A stretch of DNA of 64,000 nt from Acidiferrobacterales bacterium (GCA_036446455.1 JAZFSZ010000098.1:61-64060), one strand, 5' to 3'; shown: positions 40,653 through 53,454, counted from the stretch's first letter. Notes: generated by a model from the letters alone, not told the origin. Numbers and translations: made by a program.

Positions 40653-41499
40653 GCTCGCAGGCAAACGGGTGGTACTGCTGAAAGGCAAGCTCACCGATTG
40701 GTTTCTGTCAGTAGTCACTGTCGACAGATTGCGGCGCATCGGTCGTATGACGCTTGCCATGCTGCGCCGGCTGGGACGTGCCACCGTTTTTCTCTATGAA
40801 ATCCTGCTGGGGACCTGGTATCTGGTACCTCGTTTCTCGCTGATCGTTCAGCAAGTGTTCAATGTTGGTGTGCTAACACTGCTTATAATACTGGTATCCG
40901 GTCTGTTCGTTGGCATGGTGTTGGCGTTGCAGGGATACAACACTTTGGTCAATTTTGGCGCCGAGGACAGCCTCGGTCTGCTGGTGGCATTGTCGCTGGT
41001 TCGTGAGCTGGGTCCGGTGGTGACTGCCCTGTTGTTTGCCGGCCGGGCCGGGTCGGCGTTAACGGCGGAAATCGGCTTGATGAAGGCGACAGAGCAACTT
41101 GCCGGTATGGAAATGATGGCAGTGAACCCGATCAATCGGGTTATGGCACCGCGATTCTTTGCCGGCATTATCGCCCTGCCCCTGCTGACAACCATGTTCA
41201 GCGCCGTCGGGGTGTTGGGCGGCCATCTGGTGGGAGTCGGTCTGATGGGGCTGGATAGCGGCGCCTTCTGGTCGCAAATGCAGAATGGTGTCGATTTCTA
41301 TGATGATATTCTGAATGGATTGACCAAGAGTGTGGTGTTTGGATTTACCATAAGCTGGATCGCTGTTTTTGAAGGTTATGATGCAGTGCCGACATCAGAA
41401 GGGGTGAGTCGTGCGACCAATCACACGGTTGTGTATTCCTCCCTCGCTGTACTGACGCTGGATTTTATTATTACCTCACTAACCTTGGGAGGCGCGTAA
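40645..41499 (+). CDS. mlaE: Phospholipid ABC transporter permease MlaE
   Basis: The ATG at 40645 overlaps the mlaF stop (the ORF is open from 40519). 284 aa. Multi-TM MlaE pattern ([24 protein letters not shown]). Confidence 0.92.
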   Translation: MNRLAGKRVVLLKGKLTDWFLSVVTVDRLRRIGRMTLAMLRRLGRATVFLYEILLGTWYLVPRFSLIVQQVFNVGVLTLLIILVSGLFVGMVLALQGYNTLVNFGAEDSLGLLVALSLVRELGPVVTALLFAGRAGSALTAEIGLMKATEQLAGMEMMAVNPINRVMAPRFFAGIIALPLLTTMFSAVGVLGGHLVGVGLMGLDSGAFWSQMQNGVDFYDDILNGLTKSVVFGFTISWIAVFEGYDAVPTSEGVSRATNHTVVYSSLAVLTLDFIITSLTLGGA

Positions 41500-41500
41500 T

Positions 41501-41983
41501 ATGCAAAAGAAAAGCATGCTTGAGTTGTGGGTTGGAATATTTATTGCCTCGGGTCTGGCGGCCCTTGCCATGCTGGCGTTTCAGGTAGGCGATGTCGGCA
41601 GCACGGAGGTTTCTGATCCTTATCAACTGAAGGCCCGCTTCAACAATATTGGTGGACTCAAGGTGAAGTCGCCCATCACTATTGCTGGTGTGCGCATCGG
41701 CAGGGTGGCAGAGATTAATTTCGATCACGATAGCTATCGGGCGCTGGTGACCCTATCGATCGATGGCCGTTACAAAAATATACCAAGCGACGCCAGTGCC
41801 TCTATCCTGACCTCGGGCCTGTTGGGCGAGCAATACATTGGTATTGAGCCGGGCGGCAGTGAAGAATACCTGCGCCATGGCGATGAAATCCAGTTGACGC
41901 AGTCGGCACTGGTGCTGGAGAACCTGATCGGGCAATTCATGGTCAAAATGACGGAAGGGTCCGGAACCGGCCAATCAAATTGA
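41501..41983 (+). CDS. mlaD: Phospholipid transport MCE-domain protein MlaD
   Basis: 160 aa. N-terminal anchor plus MCE domain (GLKVKSPITIAGVRIGRV). Confidence 0.9.
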   Translation: MQKKSMLELWVGIFIASGLAALAMLAFQVGDVGSTEVSDPYQLKARFNNIGGLKVKSPITIAGVRIGRVAEINFDHDSYRALVTLSIDGRYKNIPSDASASILTSGLLGEQYIGIEPGGSEEYLRHGDEIQLTQSALVLENLIGQFMVKMTEGSGTGQSN

Positions 41984-42012
41984 TGGTGAATTAAAGCAGA
42001 GAGGTTATAGGC

Positions 42013-42666
42013 ATGTTGTTGAAATGGGTCCATACAGTTGCGGTTGCCGCCATGATCGGTCTGACGCCAGCGGTGCAGGCAGAGGCCACACCCGATGAGC
42101 TGGTGCGTTTCACCACTGCCGAAATATTGAATCTACTCAAGACCAGGAAGCCGTATTACACAGCAGACAAGAACCGTCTATACGATATGGTGGACGAGAA
42201 AATTCTGCCCCATTTTGATTTTCGCAAAATGTCACAGTGGGTTCTGGGTATACACTGGCGTCGCGCCAGTGAGGCGCAGCGTTCGGTCTTTACAACAGAA
42301 TTTCGCAAGCTGCTGGTAAGAACTTATGCCACGGCACTGTTGAAATATACGGACCAGGAAATTGTGCAGCTGCCTTATACCGGCAAGCCGGATGACAAAA
42401 TCACCGTAGTGAAAACAGAAATCAAGCAGAAAACCGGCGAGCCCAATATCGCCCTATATTATACTTTCTATAATCGGCATCCTGGCTGGAAGATATTTGA
42501 TCTGACTATCGAGGGCGTCAGCCTGGTGGCAAATTATCGCAAGGTCTATGCCACACGCATTCAGCGTGAGGGTCTCGACGCCTTAATTAAGAATCTCACT
42601 GCTCAAAATGCCAAAGCGATCAGGGATGCCGTGAGAAATGCACAAACAGGAAACAGCAATGGCTAG
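42013..42666 (+). CDS. mlaC: Periplasmic phospholipid-binding protein MlaC (Ttg2D family)
   Basis: 217 aa with a signal peptide. Tgt2/MlaC pattern (ILPHFDFRKMSQWVLG..W). Operon position. Confidence 0.88.
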   Translation: MLLKWVHTVAVAAMIGLTPAVQAEATPDELVRFTTAEILNLLKTRKPYYTADKNRLYDMVDEKILPHFDFRKMSQWVLGIHWRRASEAQRSVFTTEFRKLLVRTYATALLKYTDQEIVQLPYTGKPDDKITVVKTEIKQKTGEPNIALYYTFYNRHPGWKIFDLTIEGVSLVANYRKVYATRIQREGLDALIKNLTAQNAKAIRDAVRNAQTGNSNG

Positions 42667-42967
42667 ACAAAGTCAGGCGGCGACCATCGAGGGTAACGGA
42701 GGCCCGTTGCAGGTGAAGGGTGCCTTGACCTTTGCAACCGTGCCGGCGTTGGCCGCGCTAATAAAGATCTGGGCAGTCTCAGAGGAAATACCAATTGTTG
42801 TTGACCTCTCGGGTGTTTCACATTCCGATAGTGCCGGGCTGGCGCTGTTGTTGCAGTGGGTTGGTGATGTCCGTGCGCTAGGTGGCGAACTCAGGTTCAT
42901 CAATATCCCGGTTCAGGTTGAAGACTTTATTCGCGTTAATGGTCTTGCCCAATTGTTAATTAACTGA
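42659..42967 (+). CDS. mlaB: STAS-domain protein MlaB
   Basis: 102 aa from ATG 42659, which overlaps the mlaC stop (the alternative ATG 42638 gives 109 aa). STAS-like pattern (VVDLSGVSHSDSAGLALLL). Confidence 0.8.
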   Translation: MARQSQAATIEGNGGPLQVKGALTFATVPALAALIKIWAVSEEIPIVVDLSGVSHSDSAGLALLLQWVGDVRALGGELRFINIPVQVEDFIRVNGLAQLLIN

Positions 42968-42978
42968 GGCGCAATTCC

Positions 42979-43902
42979 GTGACAGCGGCTATCTCCATTG
43001 CCGGCGTGAAGAAACGATTCGGCGATGTACAGGCCCTTGCCGGCGTTGATTTCGAGGTCGATCGTGGCGAATTCTTTGGATTACTTGGTCCCAACGGGGC
43101 GGGCAAGTCCACTCTCATTAACATCATTTCCGGGCTCACGCGTGCAGATAGCGGTACGATTACTGTTCTTGGCCACGACGTCGTGCGTGACTATCGGCAA
43201 TCGCGGCAACATCTGGGAGTGGTGCCACAGGAGCTGGTGTTTGATCCCTTTTTTACTGTGCGTGAGGTCCTGCGCATACAGGCCGGTTACTTCGGTCTGG
43301 GTAAGTCCTCCTGGGCTTGGGTAGACCAGCTGATCGATGGGCTGAAACTGGGCGACAAGGCAGATGCCAATATGCGTTCCCTGTCCGGGGGCATGAAGCG
43401 CCGCGTGCTGGTGGCGCAGGCATTGGTGCATAAACCCGAGGTCGTGGTGCTGGATGAACCCACGGCGGGGGTCGATGTCGAGCTGCGACAGTCGTTGTGG
43501 ACATTTATTAGACAATTGCACGGACAGGGAAGCACCATTGTGTTGACGACGCACTACCTCGAAGAGGCGGAATCACTTTGTGACCGTATCGCTATTCTCA
43601 ATCATGGCAAGCTCATCGCTCTGGACAGCAAGCAAGATTTACTGGCACGGGGCATTGGCAAACGTATGTGTGTCTATATCACGACGGCGGAACCAGTTGG
43701 TCAGCTGCCTGATGCCCTGGCTGTCCGCGTGCGACATCAGCACGGAAACCGCATAGAACTGGAAATCGATCGTGCGTCGGAGTCGGTAGTGCAGATTCTG
43801 GATGAGTTGCGCGACAGCGGTATCGTGGTGACGGACCTGCATACCGAGGAAGCGGATCTGGAAGACGTCTTCGTCGAGCTGATCACCGAGGCGCGCAAAT
43901 GA
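42979..43902 (+). CDS. ABC transporter ATP-binding protein (ABC-2/YadG-like exporter)
   Basis: 307 aa, GTG start. Walker A GPNGAGKST, signature LSGGMKRR, Walker B VVLDEPTAG. Confidence 0.9.
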   Translation: MTAAISIAGVKKRFGDVQALAGVDFEVDRGEFFGLLGPNGAGKSTLINIISGLTRADSGTITVLGHDVVRDYRQSRQHLGVVPQELVFDPFFTVREVLRIQAGYFGLGKSSWAWVDQLIDGLKLGDKADANMRSLSGGMKRRVLVAQALVHKPEVVVLDEPTAGVDVELRQSLWTFIRQLHGQGSTIVLTTHYLEEAESLCDRIAILNHGKLIALDSKQDLLARGIGKRMCVYITTAEPVGQLPDALAVRVRHQHGNRIELEIDRASESVVQILDELRDSGIVVTDLHTEEADLEDVFVELITEARK

Positions 43903-44660
43903 ATCTGCGCGGCTTTTACACACTTTTTGTTAAAGAGCTGTTGCGTTTCAGCAAGGTGTGGCTGCAGACACTGGGCGCACCCATTGTGACATCACTTTTG
44001 TATCTGCTGGTGTTCGCACAGGTGCTGGAGGGTCGCATGCAGGTGTTTGAAGGTGTGAGTTACACCGCTTTTTTAATTCCGGGGCTGATGATGATGTCCC
44101 TGATCCAGAACGCCTTTGCCAATAGCTCCTCCAGCATTATCCAGTCGAAGGTGACCGGCAATATTGTATTTTTGTTGGTGGCGCCGTTGTCCTATTTGGA
44201 GTTCTATATGGCGTTTATGCTGGCAGGAGTTGTGCGTGGATTTGTGGTGGCGCTGGGTGTGTTGATGATCGGCGCGTTCTTTGCTGATTTGCCATTACAC
44301 AACGTGTGGCTGCTGCTGGTATTCGCCTTTTTGAGTGCGATGGTACTGTCCACCTTCGGCGTTATTGCCGGGATCTGGGCAGAAAAATTTGACCAGCTTG
44401 CGGGAGCACAAAATTTCATTATTTTGCCCCTGTCTTTTCTCAGCGGCGTTTTCTATTCTATCAATTCGTTACCGGTGGTGTGGCAGCAATTGTCTCGCTT
44501 TAACCCGTTTTTCTACATGATTGACGGTTTTCGTTACGGGTTCTTCGGCGTTTCGGATGTCTCTCCACTCACTAGTCTGGCAGTGCTACTACTGTCGGCA
44601 GGGCTATTGGCGACTCTGACGCTGGTAATATTGAGTCGCGGTTATCGGCTGCGCAATTGA
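43899..44660 (+). CDS. ABC-2 type transporter permease (YadH-like)
   Basis: 253 aa with about 6 TM segments. 4-nt overlap with the preceding ATPase gene. Confidence 0.88.
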   Translation: MNLRGFYTLFVKELLRFSKVWLQTLGAPIVTSLLYLLVFAQVLEGRMQVFEGVSYTAFLIPGLMMMSLIQNAFANSSSSIIQSKVTGNIVFLLVAPLSYLEFYMAFMLAGVVRGFVVALGVLMIGAFFADLPLHNVWLLLVFAFLSAMVLSTFGVIAGIWAEKFDQLAGAQNFIILPLSFLSGVFYSINSLPVVWQQLSRFNPFFYMIDGFRYGFFGVSDVSPLTSLAVLLLSAGLLATLTLVILSRGYRLRN

Positions 44661-44746
44661 TTGTTAGCCCGCATTTCTTTCGTCGCGCACTGGTCTGCCG
44701 TATGCTGTGCTTGAATTCGATTTGAAAGGCCCGATATAGGCATGTC

Positions 44747-44980
44747 ATGGATCCGGAAAGAATAAAGACGCTCATCGAACAAGGGCTGACAGGTGCCAGC
44801 GCCAGCGTTGTCGGTGACGGTCGCCACTTCGAGGCCGTTGTTGTCTGTGATGCCTTTGATGGCAAATCCATGGTGGAGCAGCACCAGATGGTGTTTCAGG
44901 CCCTGGGCGACAACATGGAAGAAGCGATTCATGCACTTTCCATGCGCACCCTGACGCGCGAGCAATACGAGCAGCAGTAA
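44747..44980 (+). CDS. ibaG: BolA-family protein (IbaG/YrbA type)
   Basis: 77 aa. The BolA-fold pattern with FEAVVVCDAFDGKSMVEQHQMV matches IbaG. Its position between the mla operon and murA is as in E. coli. Confidence 0.85.
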   Translation: MDPERIKTLIEQGLTGASASVVGDGRHFEAVVVCDAFDGKSMVEQHQMVFQALGDNMEEAIHALSMRTLTREQYEQQ

Positions 44981-45056
44981 TCTGGGCGGGTTTAAAAAAT
45001 TGACGGTGACCGATAGGGATAACGCGTGACCGGCAAGTACTTAACGAGGTAGCGAA

Positions 45057-45368
45057 ATGAGTGTTCAACAGCAGATTGATGATCAGGTAAAGAGCAGCAA
45101 GATAATGCTCTTCATGAAAGGCACGCCCCAGTTTCCCCAGTGCGGATTCTCCGGTCAGGCGGTGCAGCTATTACAGGCCTGCGGTGCCGAGTTCGGTTCT
45201 TTTGATGTGCTCGCCGACGACAATGTGCGCCATGGTATTAAAGAATACTCCAACTGGCCGACCATCCCGCAACTCTACATCGCCGGCAAGTTTGTTGGTG
45301 GATGCGACATCATGATTGAGCTCCACCAGAAAGGTGAATTGCAGAAATTGGTGGACGCGGTTAACTGA
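45057..45368 (+). CDS. grxD: Monothiol glutaredoxin Grx4
   Basis: 103 aa. CGFS active site (PQCGFSGQAV) and WPTIPQLYI. Confidence 0.93.
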   Translation: MSVQQQIDDQVKSSKIMLFMKGTPQFPQCGFSGQAVQLLQACGAEFGSFDVLADDNVRHGIKEYSNWPTIPQLYIAGKFVGGCDIMIELHQKGELQKLVDAVN

Positions 45369-45395
45369 AAAATCAGGCTAATAATTGAGAACCCG

Positions 45396-46817
<1,422 letters not shown>

Positions 46818-46882
46818 TTGTTGTGGCCAATTTAATGAGTGGTTGAACCAACCGCCTGAACTGATCGCCCAAATTATCTGAT

Positions 46883-47533
46883 ATGAGCAAATCCCTGACC
46901 ATTGCCCTGTCCAAAGGCCGTATTCTGGAAGAGACCCTGCCACTGCTGGAGCGTGCCGGGGTGACTCTGGCTGATGACATCAACAGTCGCAAGTTGATAC
47001 TGAATACCAACCGGCCCGATGTGAAGCTGGTAATTATTCGTGCCGCCGATGTTCCTACCTACGTGCAGTTCGGGGCCACCGATCTCGGCGTTGCCGGCAA
47101 GGATGTGCTGATGGAAAGCGATGGCGCCGACCTGTACGAATTACTGGATCTGGGTATTGCCCGTTGTCACCTGGCAGTGGCAGAGCCAAAAAATCTGGCC
47201 GCTCAGGATGACCCGCAAAAATGGACACGGCTGCGTATTGCTACCAAATACGTCAACATCACCCGGCGCCACTTTGCGGCCAAAGGCATCCAGACCGATA
47301 TCATTAAGTTGTACGGCTCCATGGAGCTGGCACCGCTGGCAGGTCTGTCGGATCGCATCGTTGATCTGGTGAGTACCGGTGCCACTCTTAAGGCCAACGG
47401 TCTGGTTGAGGTGGAACACATTGCCGATATCAGCTCGCGCCTGGTGGCCAACAAGGCAGCGATGAAAATGAAGTCGGCCCAGGTAAAGGAGCTGGTGGCG
47501 GGGTTGCGCTCAGCAGTGGACCAGGCCGCATGA
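46883..47533 (+). CDS. hisG: ATP phosphoribosyltransferase, short form (HisG-S)
   Basis: 216 aa. [16 protein letters not shown]-terminus. Lacks the C-terminal regulatory domain of long HisG. Confidence 0.93.
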   Translation: MSKSLTIALSKGRILEETLPLLERAGVTLADDINSRKLILNTNRPDVKLVIIRAADVPTYVQFGATDLGVAGKDVLMESDGADLYELLDLGIARCHLAVAEPKNLAAQDDPQKWTRLRIATKYVNITRRHFAAKGIQTDIIKLYGSMELAPLAGLSDRIVDLVSTGATLKANGLVEVEHIADISSRLVANKAAMKMKSAQVKELVAGLRSAVDQAA

Positions 47534-48840
47534 GACTCACCATTCGCGAGCTTGATTCGGCCGACCGCGATTTTCAGACCACTGTCGATGCCTTGCTTGA
47601 TCGCGACAATTTGAGTGACCCGAAAGCCGAAAAAATTGTGCGAGAAATTATTGAGGCGGTTCGCCAACGCGGGGATGCCGCGTTACTTGAGTACACGTCT
47701 CGTTTTGACGATTTTGACGCAGACAGTGTCCCAGCACTGGAAATAACATCATCGCGGCTCGCCGACGCAAAAATATCCTTGCCGGAGGATCAGCGCGTTG
47801 CGCTGGTTACGGCCGCCGATCGTGTGCGCGTTTATCACCAGCACCAGAAAGCAGAATCCTGGCAGTACACTGAAGACGATGGCACCGTGCTGGGTCAGCA
47901 AGTAACGGCACTGGATCGTGTCGGTCTCTATGTCCCGGGCGGCAAGGCGGCCTATCCGTCATCGGTGCTGATGAATGCCATTCCCGCCAAGGTGGCCGGT
48001 GTTAAAGAGCTGATCATGGTCGTACCGACACCGAAGGGTGAAGTGGGTGACATGGTGTTGGCCGCTGCGGCAATCGCCGGTGTTGATCGTGTGTTCGCAA
48101 TCGGCGGTGCGCAAGCAATCGCGGCACTGGCATACGGCACAGAAACCATTCCCAGGGTGGACAAGATTGTTGGTCCGGGCAATATTTATGTTACCACTGC
48201 CAAACGTCTCGTATTCGGCCGCGTGGATATCGATATGATCGCCGGACCGTCAGAAATTGTCGTCGTCTGCGATGGTGGTACCGACGTCGAGTGGGTGGCC
48301 ATGGATCTGCTTTCACAGGCTGAACATGATGAACTGGCGCAATCCATCCTTATTAGCACTGATAGCGAATTTGCACCCAAGGTCAGGGCGGCAATGCAAT
48401 CGCTCATTGAAGACCTGCCGCGCAAGGAAATCATTGTCAAATCCCTCAACGATCGCGGTGCCTTGATTACCGTGAAGGACGAAACCGAGGCGGTGGCGCT
48501 GGTCAACAAAATAGCGCCGGAGCACCTCGAATTGTCAGTCGCCGATCCCAAAGCGATGGCGGCGCGCATTCGTCACGCCGGCGCCATCTTCATGGGTCGA
48601 TATACGGCTGAAGCGATTGGTGATTACTGTGCCGGACCTAATCACGTGCTGCCGACCTCGGGCACCGCGCGTTTCAGCTCGCCATTGGGTGTGTATGATT
48701 TTCAGAAACGATCAAGCTTGATCATGTGCTCCGAAAAAGGGGCGGATGTCCTTGGTCGCACCGCATCCATACTGGCCCATGGCGAGGGTCTGACCGCACA
48801 TGCACGTTCGGCGGAGTACCGTATTAAAAATAATTCCTGA
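47530..48840 (+). CDS. hisD: Histidinol dehydrogenase
   Basis: 436 aa. Conserved [13 protein letters not shown] and QAEHDE motifs. 4-nt overlap with hisG. Confidence 0.96.
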   Translation: MRLTIRELDSADRDFQTTVDALLDRDNLSDPKAEKIVREIIEAVRQRGDAALLEYTSRFDDFDADSVPALEITSSRLADAKISLPEDQRVALVTAADRVRVYHQHQKAESWQYTEDDGTVLGQQVTALDRVGLYVPGGKAAYPSSVLMNAIPAKVAGVKELIMVVPTPKGEVGDMVLAAAAIAGVDRVFAIGGAQAIAALAYGTETIPRVDKIVGPGNIYVTTAKRLVFGRVDIDMIAGPSEIVVVCDGGTDVEWVAMDLLSQAEHDELAQSILISTDSEFAPKVRAAMQSLIEDLPRKEIIVKSLNDRGALITVKDETEAVALVNKIAPEHLELSVADPKAMAARIRHAGAIFMGRYTAEAIGDYCAGPNHVLPTSGTARFSSPLGVYDFQKRSSLIMCSEKGADVLGRTASILAHGEGLTAHARSAEYRIKNNS

Positions 48841-48905
48841 CGCTAAAACGCAAAGAATGAATATGATGTATCTTCGCGGTGGTTTGCGATGAGTTTTTAT
48901 GTCTT

Positions 48906-50009
48906 ATGACAACTGATATTCGAAAGAGGGTGGAGTCCCTGGTGCGGCCGGAGATTCTTACTCTCAAGGCCTATGGTGTGGCCGATCCCGGTGATCTGAT
49001 CAAGCTCGATGCCATGGAGAATCCCTATCCCTGGCCGGAAGCGCTAAAACGTGATTGGGCCCGGAGGCTGCAACAGGTTTCCATCAATCGTTATCCCGAT
49101 CCGCAGGCAAACTCACTTAAACCGGCCCTGCGTCAGGCCATGGGCGTGCCCCACGAGTTGGAAATGATGCTGGGAAATGGTTCCGATGAGTTGATCCAGA
49201 TTGTTATGATGGCGTTGGCCCGACCGGGTGCAAAGGTCATGGCGCCGACGCCGACTTTTGTCATGTACGACATGACCGCGCGGTTAACCGGTCTGGAATT
49301 CATTGCGGTGCCGCTCAAAGAAAAAGATTTTTCACTGGATGTGGATGCCATGCTGGCCGCAATCGCGCAGCATCAGCCGGCAGTGATTTTCCTGGCTTAC
49401 CCGAATAACCCCACCGGAAACCTGTTTTCAGGCAACGATATCGAATCAATATTAAACGCCACCAGCGGCCTTGTGGTGATTGACGAGGCCTACCATGCAT
49501 TTGCCGGCCACAGTTTCATGGCCCGCCTGGCAGAATACGACAACATCCTTGTCATGCGAACAGTGTCCAAGCTGGGATTGGCAGGATTGCGTCTGGGGCT
49601 GTTGGTGGGTGACAAGGAGTGGTTAGCGGAATTTGACAAGGTACGACTGCCCTACAATATCAACAGCCTGACGCAGGCGAGTGCCGAGTTTGCCCTGGTC
49701 AATATTGAATTTCTGCAGCAACAAACGGCCAAGCTGTGCAAGGCACGCGATTTACTGTACGAAGAATTGGCGCGACTGGACGGGGTCGAGGTCTGGCCCA
49801 GTCGCGCCAATTTCATTTTGTTTCGTGTCAAGGAACGGCCGGCCGACGCCGTGTTCAATGGACTGCGCCAGCGCGGTGTACTCATCAGGAATCTGGACAA
49901 AGCTGACCCCGCATTAAAGCGATGTCTGCGTGTCACCATCGGCACAGCGGAAGAGAACGACGCTTTTCTGACAGCGTTGACGCGGGTTCTCCAGAGGAAC
50001 GCTGATTAA
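48906..50009 (+). CDS. hisC: Histidinol-phosphate aminotransferase
   Basis: The ATG at 48906 gives 367 aa (the ORF is open from 48879). Class-II aminotransferase pattern with PLP Lys context RTVSKLGLAGLR. Confidence 0.92.
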   Translation: MTTDIRKRVESLVRPEILTLKAYGVADPGDLIKLDAMENPYPWPEALKRDWARRLQQVSINRYPDPQANSLKPALRQAMGVPHELEMMLGNGSDELIQIVMMALARPGAKVMAPTPTFVMYDMTARLTGLEFIAVPLKEKDFSLDVDAMLAAIAQHQPAVIFLAYPNNPTGNLFSGNDIESILNATSGLVVIDEAYHAFAGHSFMARLAEYDNILVMRTVSKLGLAGLRLGLLVGDKEWLAEFDKVRLPYNINSLTQASAEFALVNIEFLQQQTAKLCKARDLLYEELARLDGVEVWPSRANFILFRVKERPADAVFNGLRQRGVLIRNLDKADPALKRCLRVTIGTAEENDAFLTALTRVLQRNAD

Positions 50010-50135
50010 ATCCCTTGTAGTCGTGTGTCACGGCAAAGTCTGGGTGAATCAAGCCTTCCCGGGCGTTCGGGATTCGCAAGCATATCTGATAAACTTGCCC
50101 GTCTTTAAAAGTATTCAAGGCATCGGGCCACTATA

Positions 50136-50729
50136 ATGAGCGCAAGAACCGCACGCGTAAATCGAGATACCAAAGAGACCCGGATCACGGTCAGCGTGAA
50201 TCTGGACGGGTCCGGTGAGGCCAAACTTGATATCGGCATTCCCTTTCTCGAACACATGCTGGATCAGGTGGCCCGTCACGGCATGATTGATATCGAGGTC
50301 AAGGCCAGTGGTGATTTGCATATTGACGCGCACCACACGGTGGAAGACGTGGGAATTACCCTTGGCCAGGCGCTGGCCAGGGCGGTGGGCGATAAAAAAG
50401 GTATTCGTCGTTATGGCCACGCCTATGTGCCGCTGGATGAGGCGCTGAGCCGTGTTGTCATCGATTTTTCCGGTCGCCCCGGACTTGAATATCATGTGAG
50501 TTATCCGCGTGCACGCATCGGTGATTTTGATGTTGATTTGCTCATGGAATTCTTCCAGGGATTCACTAACCACGCATTGACGACGCTGCATATTGATAAC
50601 CTGCGTGGCAATAACGCCCACCACATCGCTGAGACCATCTTCAAGGCTTTTGGCCGCGCGATGCGTATGGCGCTGGAATCCGATACACGTTTGGGTGAAA
50701 TCGTGCCCTCAACCAAAGGCAGTCTTTGA
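50136..50729 (+). CDS. hisB: Imidazoleglycerol-phosphate dehydratase (monofunctional)
   Basis: 197 aa. [21 protein letters not shown] and NAHHIAE motifs. No fused histidinol-phosphatase domain. Confidence 0.95.
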   Translation: MSARTARVNRDTKETRITVSVNLDGSGEAKLDIGIPFLEHMLDQVARHGMIDIEVKASGDLHIDAHHTVEDVGITLGQALARAVGDKKGIRRYGHAYVPLDEALSRVVIDFSGRPGLEYHVSYPRARIGDFDVDLLMEFFQGFTNHALTTLHIDNLRGNNAHHIAETIFKAFGRAMRMALESDTRLGEIVPSTKGSL

Positions 50730-50824
50730 TTACCGTACCCTCATTGCGAAGGTGAAGAGAATCCTGCTATATCGGAAATAATTTCAACACCAGATAATTT
50801 CAGCACTCTAGGCGAAAATAAGAC

Positions 50825-51472
50825 ATGAACCGGGTTGCAGTAATTGACTATGGTATGGGTAACCTGCGCTCCGTGTGTAAAGCCATTGAACACGTTGCCC
50901 CCAAGGCCAGAGTGAAGCTGGTAACCGATGCCGACGGCGTAAAAAGTGCTGACCGCGTCGTGTTTCCGGGCCAGGGTGCGATCACCGGTTGCATTTCTGC
51001 ACTGCAAAGAAATGGCATGTTCGACGTGCTGGAGAATATCGTGCGCAAAAAACCCTTCCTCGGAATTTGTCTGGGTTTGCAGGCACTGTATGAAACCAGT
51101 GAAGAGGGCGGCGGTACCCGTTGCCTGGGTATTCTTCCCGGGTCCGTGCCGCGGTTTCCGGACAATATGGTGGATGCCGATACAGGTGCGAAACTGAAGG
51201 TACCACACATGGGCTGGAACCAGGTGCATCAGGTTGGTGACCATCCATTATGGCAGGGTATTGCCCAGGACAGCCGCTTTTATTTTGTGCATAGTTATTA
51301 TGCTGACACATCAGACCGGGCCTATGTTTCAGCTATTACGCAATATCAGGTACGGTTTACCTCGGCTGCTGCCCATGAGAATATTTTTGCAGTGCAATTT
51401 CATCCCGAAAAAAGCCAGCACGCCGGCTTAAAGCTGCTGGAAAATTTTGTAAACTGGGACGGCAGCGTTTAA
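50825..51472 (+). CDS. hisH: Imidazole glycerol phosphate synthase, glutaminase subunit
   Basis: 215 aa. [11 protein letters not shown], catalytic Cys GICLGLQ, and the C-terminal QFHPEKS. Confidence 0.95.
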   Translation: MNRVAVIDYGMGNLRSVCKAIEHVAPKARVKLVTDADGVKSADRVVFPGQGAITGCISALQRNGMFDVLENIVRKKPFLGICLGLQALYETSEEGGGTRCLGILPGSVPRFPDNMVDADTGAKLKVPHMGWNQVHQVGDHPLWQGIAQDSRFYFVHSYYADTSDRAYVSAITQYQVRFTSAAAHENIFAVQFHPEKSQHAGLKLLENFVNWDGSV

Positions 51473-51485
51473 ACCAGAATCGGTT

Positions 51486-52217
51486 ATGTTGATTATTCCT
51501 GCAATTGATCTCAAAGACGGAAAGTGTGTGCGCCTGCGTCAGGGGCGCATGGACGAGGAAACCGTTTTTTCGGATAACCCGGTGGCCATGGCCGGGCGCT
51601 GGTTTGAAGCCGGTGCCCGTCGCCTGCATCTGGTGGACCTCAATGGGGCGTTTGAAGGTAAACCCGTGAACGCCAGTGTTATCGAAGAGATTACCCATAC
51701 CTATCCCGATCTTCCGGTCGAGGTGGGTGGTGGTATACGTGATGAAGAAACGATAGAGACCTATCTCGATGCCGGTGTAAAATATGTGATCATTGGTACC
51801 AAGGCAGTTAACACACCGCATTTTGTTGGTGATATTTGTGCCGAGTATCCAGGCCATATCATTGTCGGGCTTGATGCCAAAGATGGAAAAGTTGCCATTG
51901 ACGGCTGGTCCAAGCTCTCCGGGCACGATGTAATTGATATGGCCAAGCACTTTCAGGACGACGGTGTTGAGGCCATTATCTATACTGACATCGGGCGCGA
52001 TGGCATGATGAATGGGGTAAACATCGATGCCACGGTGAAGCTGGCGCAGTCTATTGCCATTCCGGTCATTGCTTCTGGCGGTATTACTAATCTGGATGAC
52101 ATTCGCGGCTTATGCGAGGTGGCCGACGAAGGCATCATAGGGGCGATCACCGGCCGTGCCATCTATGAGGGTACGCTCGATTTTGCCGAGGCGCAGAAGC
52201 TGGCCGACAGTTTCTAG
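51486..52217 (+). CDS. hisA: ProFAR isomerase
   Basis: 243 aa. [17 protein letters not shown] and the GGGIR motifs. Confidence 0.95.
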   Translation: MLIIPAIDLKDGKCVRLRQGRMDEETVFSDNPVAMAGRWFEAGARRLHLVDLNGAFEGKPVNASVIEEITHTYPDLPVEVGGGIRDEETIETYLDAGVKYVIIGTKAVNTPHFVGDICAEYPGHIIVGLDAKDGKVAIDGWSKLSGHDVIDMAKHFQDDGVEAIIYTDIGRDGMMNGVNIDATVKLAQSIAIPVIASGGITNLDDIRGLCEVADEGIIGAITGRAIYEGTLDFAEAQKLADSF

Positions 52218-52270
52218 CCCGTGGCAACAACACGGGTACCTGACTACCCTGCACACCCGGAAATCCAATC

Positions 52271-53068
52271 ATGTCTTTGGCAAAACGCATTATTCCCTGT
52301 CTTGACGTTGACAACGGCCGTGTCGTTAAAGGCGTACAATTTGTGGATATCCGTGACGCCGGTGATCCGGTTGAGGTTGCGCGGCGATATGACGAACAGG
52401 GCGCGGACGAAATAACGTTTCTCGATATCACTGCCAGTTCAGATGATCGCGAGACCATCGTACACGTGGTTGAAGACGTGGCCAGTCAGGTCTTTATCCC
52501 GCTAACGGTGGGCGGGGGTATTCGCACCGTAGACGATGTGCGTCGCATGCTCAACGCGGGCGCCGATAAGGTCGCGATCAACACCGCCGCCGTGTTCAAT
52601 CCGGAGTTTGTCAGAGAGGCGGCGGAACATTTTGGGTCCCAATGTATTGTGGTTGCCATAGATGCCAAACAGGTGTCTGATGGAGACAATCCGCGCTGGG
52701 AAATTTTTACTCACGGTGGAAGAAAATCGACCGGGCTTGATGCTATTGAGTGGGCCAGAAAAATGACCGACTATGGTGCTGGCGAGATACTGCTCACTAG
52801 TATGGATCGTGACGGCACGCGTGACGGTTTTGATCTTGCGCTTACCCGGGCGATTTGCGAGGCCGTCAGTATTCCGGTTATCGCCTCTGGCGGTGTGGGG
52901 TGTCTTGAACATCTGGTGGCAGGAGTGAAGCAGGGTCATGCGGATGCCGTGCTGGCGGCCAGCATTTTTCACTTTGGCGAATACACGGTGGGTGAGGCCA
53001 AGCGCTTCATGCAGCAAAAAGGAGTCGAGGTCAGGCTGGAACAGGAAAGAACAGAGAAAGGTTTATGA
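52271..53068 (+). CDS. hisF: Imidazole glycerol phosphate synthase, cyclase subunit
   Basis: 265 aa. [19 protein letters not shown]-like [13 protein letters not shown]. Confidence 0.96.
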   Translation: MSLAKRIIPCLDVDNGRVVKGVQFVDIRDAGDPVEVARRYDEQGADEITFLDITASSDDRETIVHVVEDVASQVFIPLTVGGGIRTVDDVRRMLNAGADKVAINTAAVFNPEFVREAAEHFGSQCIVVAIDAKQVSDGDNPRWEIFTHGGRKSTGLDAIEWARKMTDYGAGEILLTSMDRDGTRDGFDLALTRAICEAVSIPVIASGGVGCLEHLVAGVKQGHADAVLAASIFHFGEYTVGEAKRFMQQKGVEVRLEQERTEKGL

Positions 53069-53454
53069 GCGACTGGTTAGACAACATCAAATGGAATGAT
53101 CAGGGTCTGGTGCCGGCAATTGCGCAGGAAGCGGGATCGGGCAAGGTGCTGATGGTGGCCTGGATGAATCGCGAGGCCCTGGCCAAGACGGCCAGCAAGG
53201 GCCGTGCGTTCTACTGGTCGCGTTCGCGCCAGACGCTGTGGGAAAAGGGCGAAGTGTCTGGTCACGGGCAGGAGGTGAAAGAAATTCGCCTTGACTGCGA
53301 CAATGACGTTATCCTGCTGCAGGTGGAACAGCACGGTGGCATATCCTGTCACACCGGTCGCCATAACTGTTTTTATCAGCAGTTACAGGGGAAGCACTGG
53401 GTAACGGTGGACCCCGTATTAAAACCGGAAGAGGAGATTTACGGCAAGCGCTGA
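53065..53454 (+). CDS. hisI: Phosphoribosyl-AMP cyclohydrolase
   Basis: 129 aa. LVPAIAQE...VLMVAWMN and the CHTG motif. 4-nt overlap with hisF. Confidence 0.94.
   Translation: MSDWLDNIKWNDQGLVPAIAQEAGSGKVLMVAWMNREALAKTASKGRAFYWSRSRQTLWEKGEVSGHGQEVKEIRLDCDNDVILLQVEQHGGISCHTGRHNCFYQQLQGKHWVTVDPVLKPEEEIYGKR

Noticed and set aside
43643-43659. TGGCAC-N5 sigma-54-like -24 element
   Set aside because: The -12 position reads ATTGG rather than TTGC, and the site is inside the ABC ATPase coding region with no downstream gene start.
46818-46882. Search for a histidine-operon leader peptide or attenuator upstream of hisG
   Set aside because: The spacer is only 65 nt. It has no run of His codons and no alternative hairpins.
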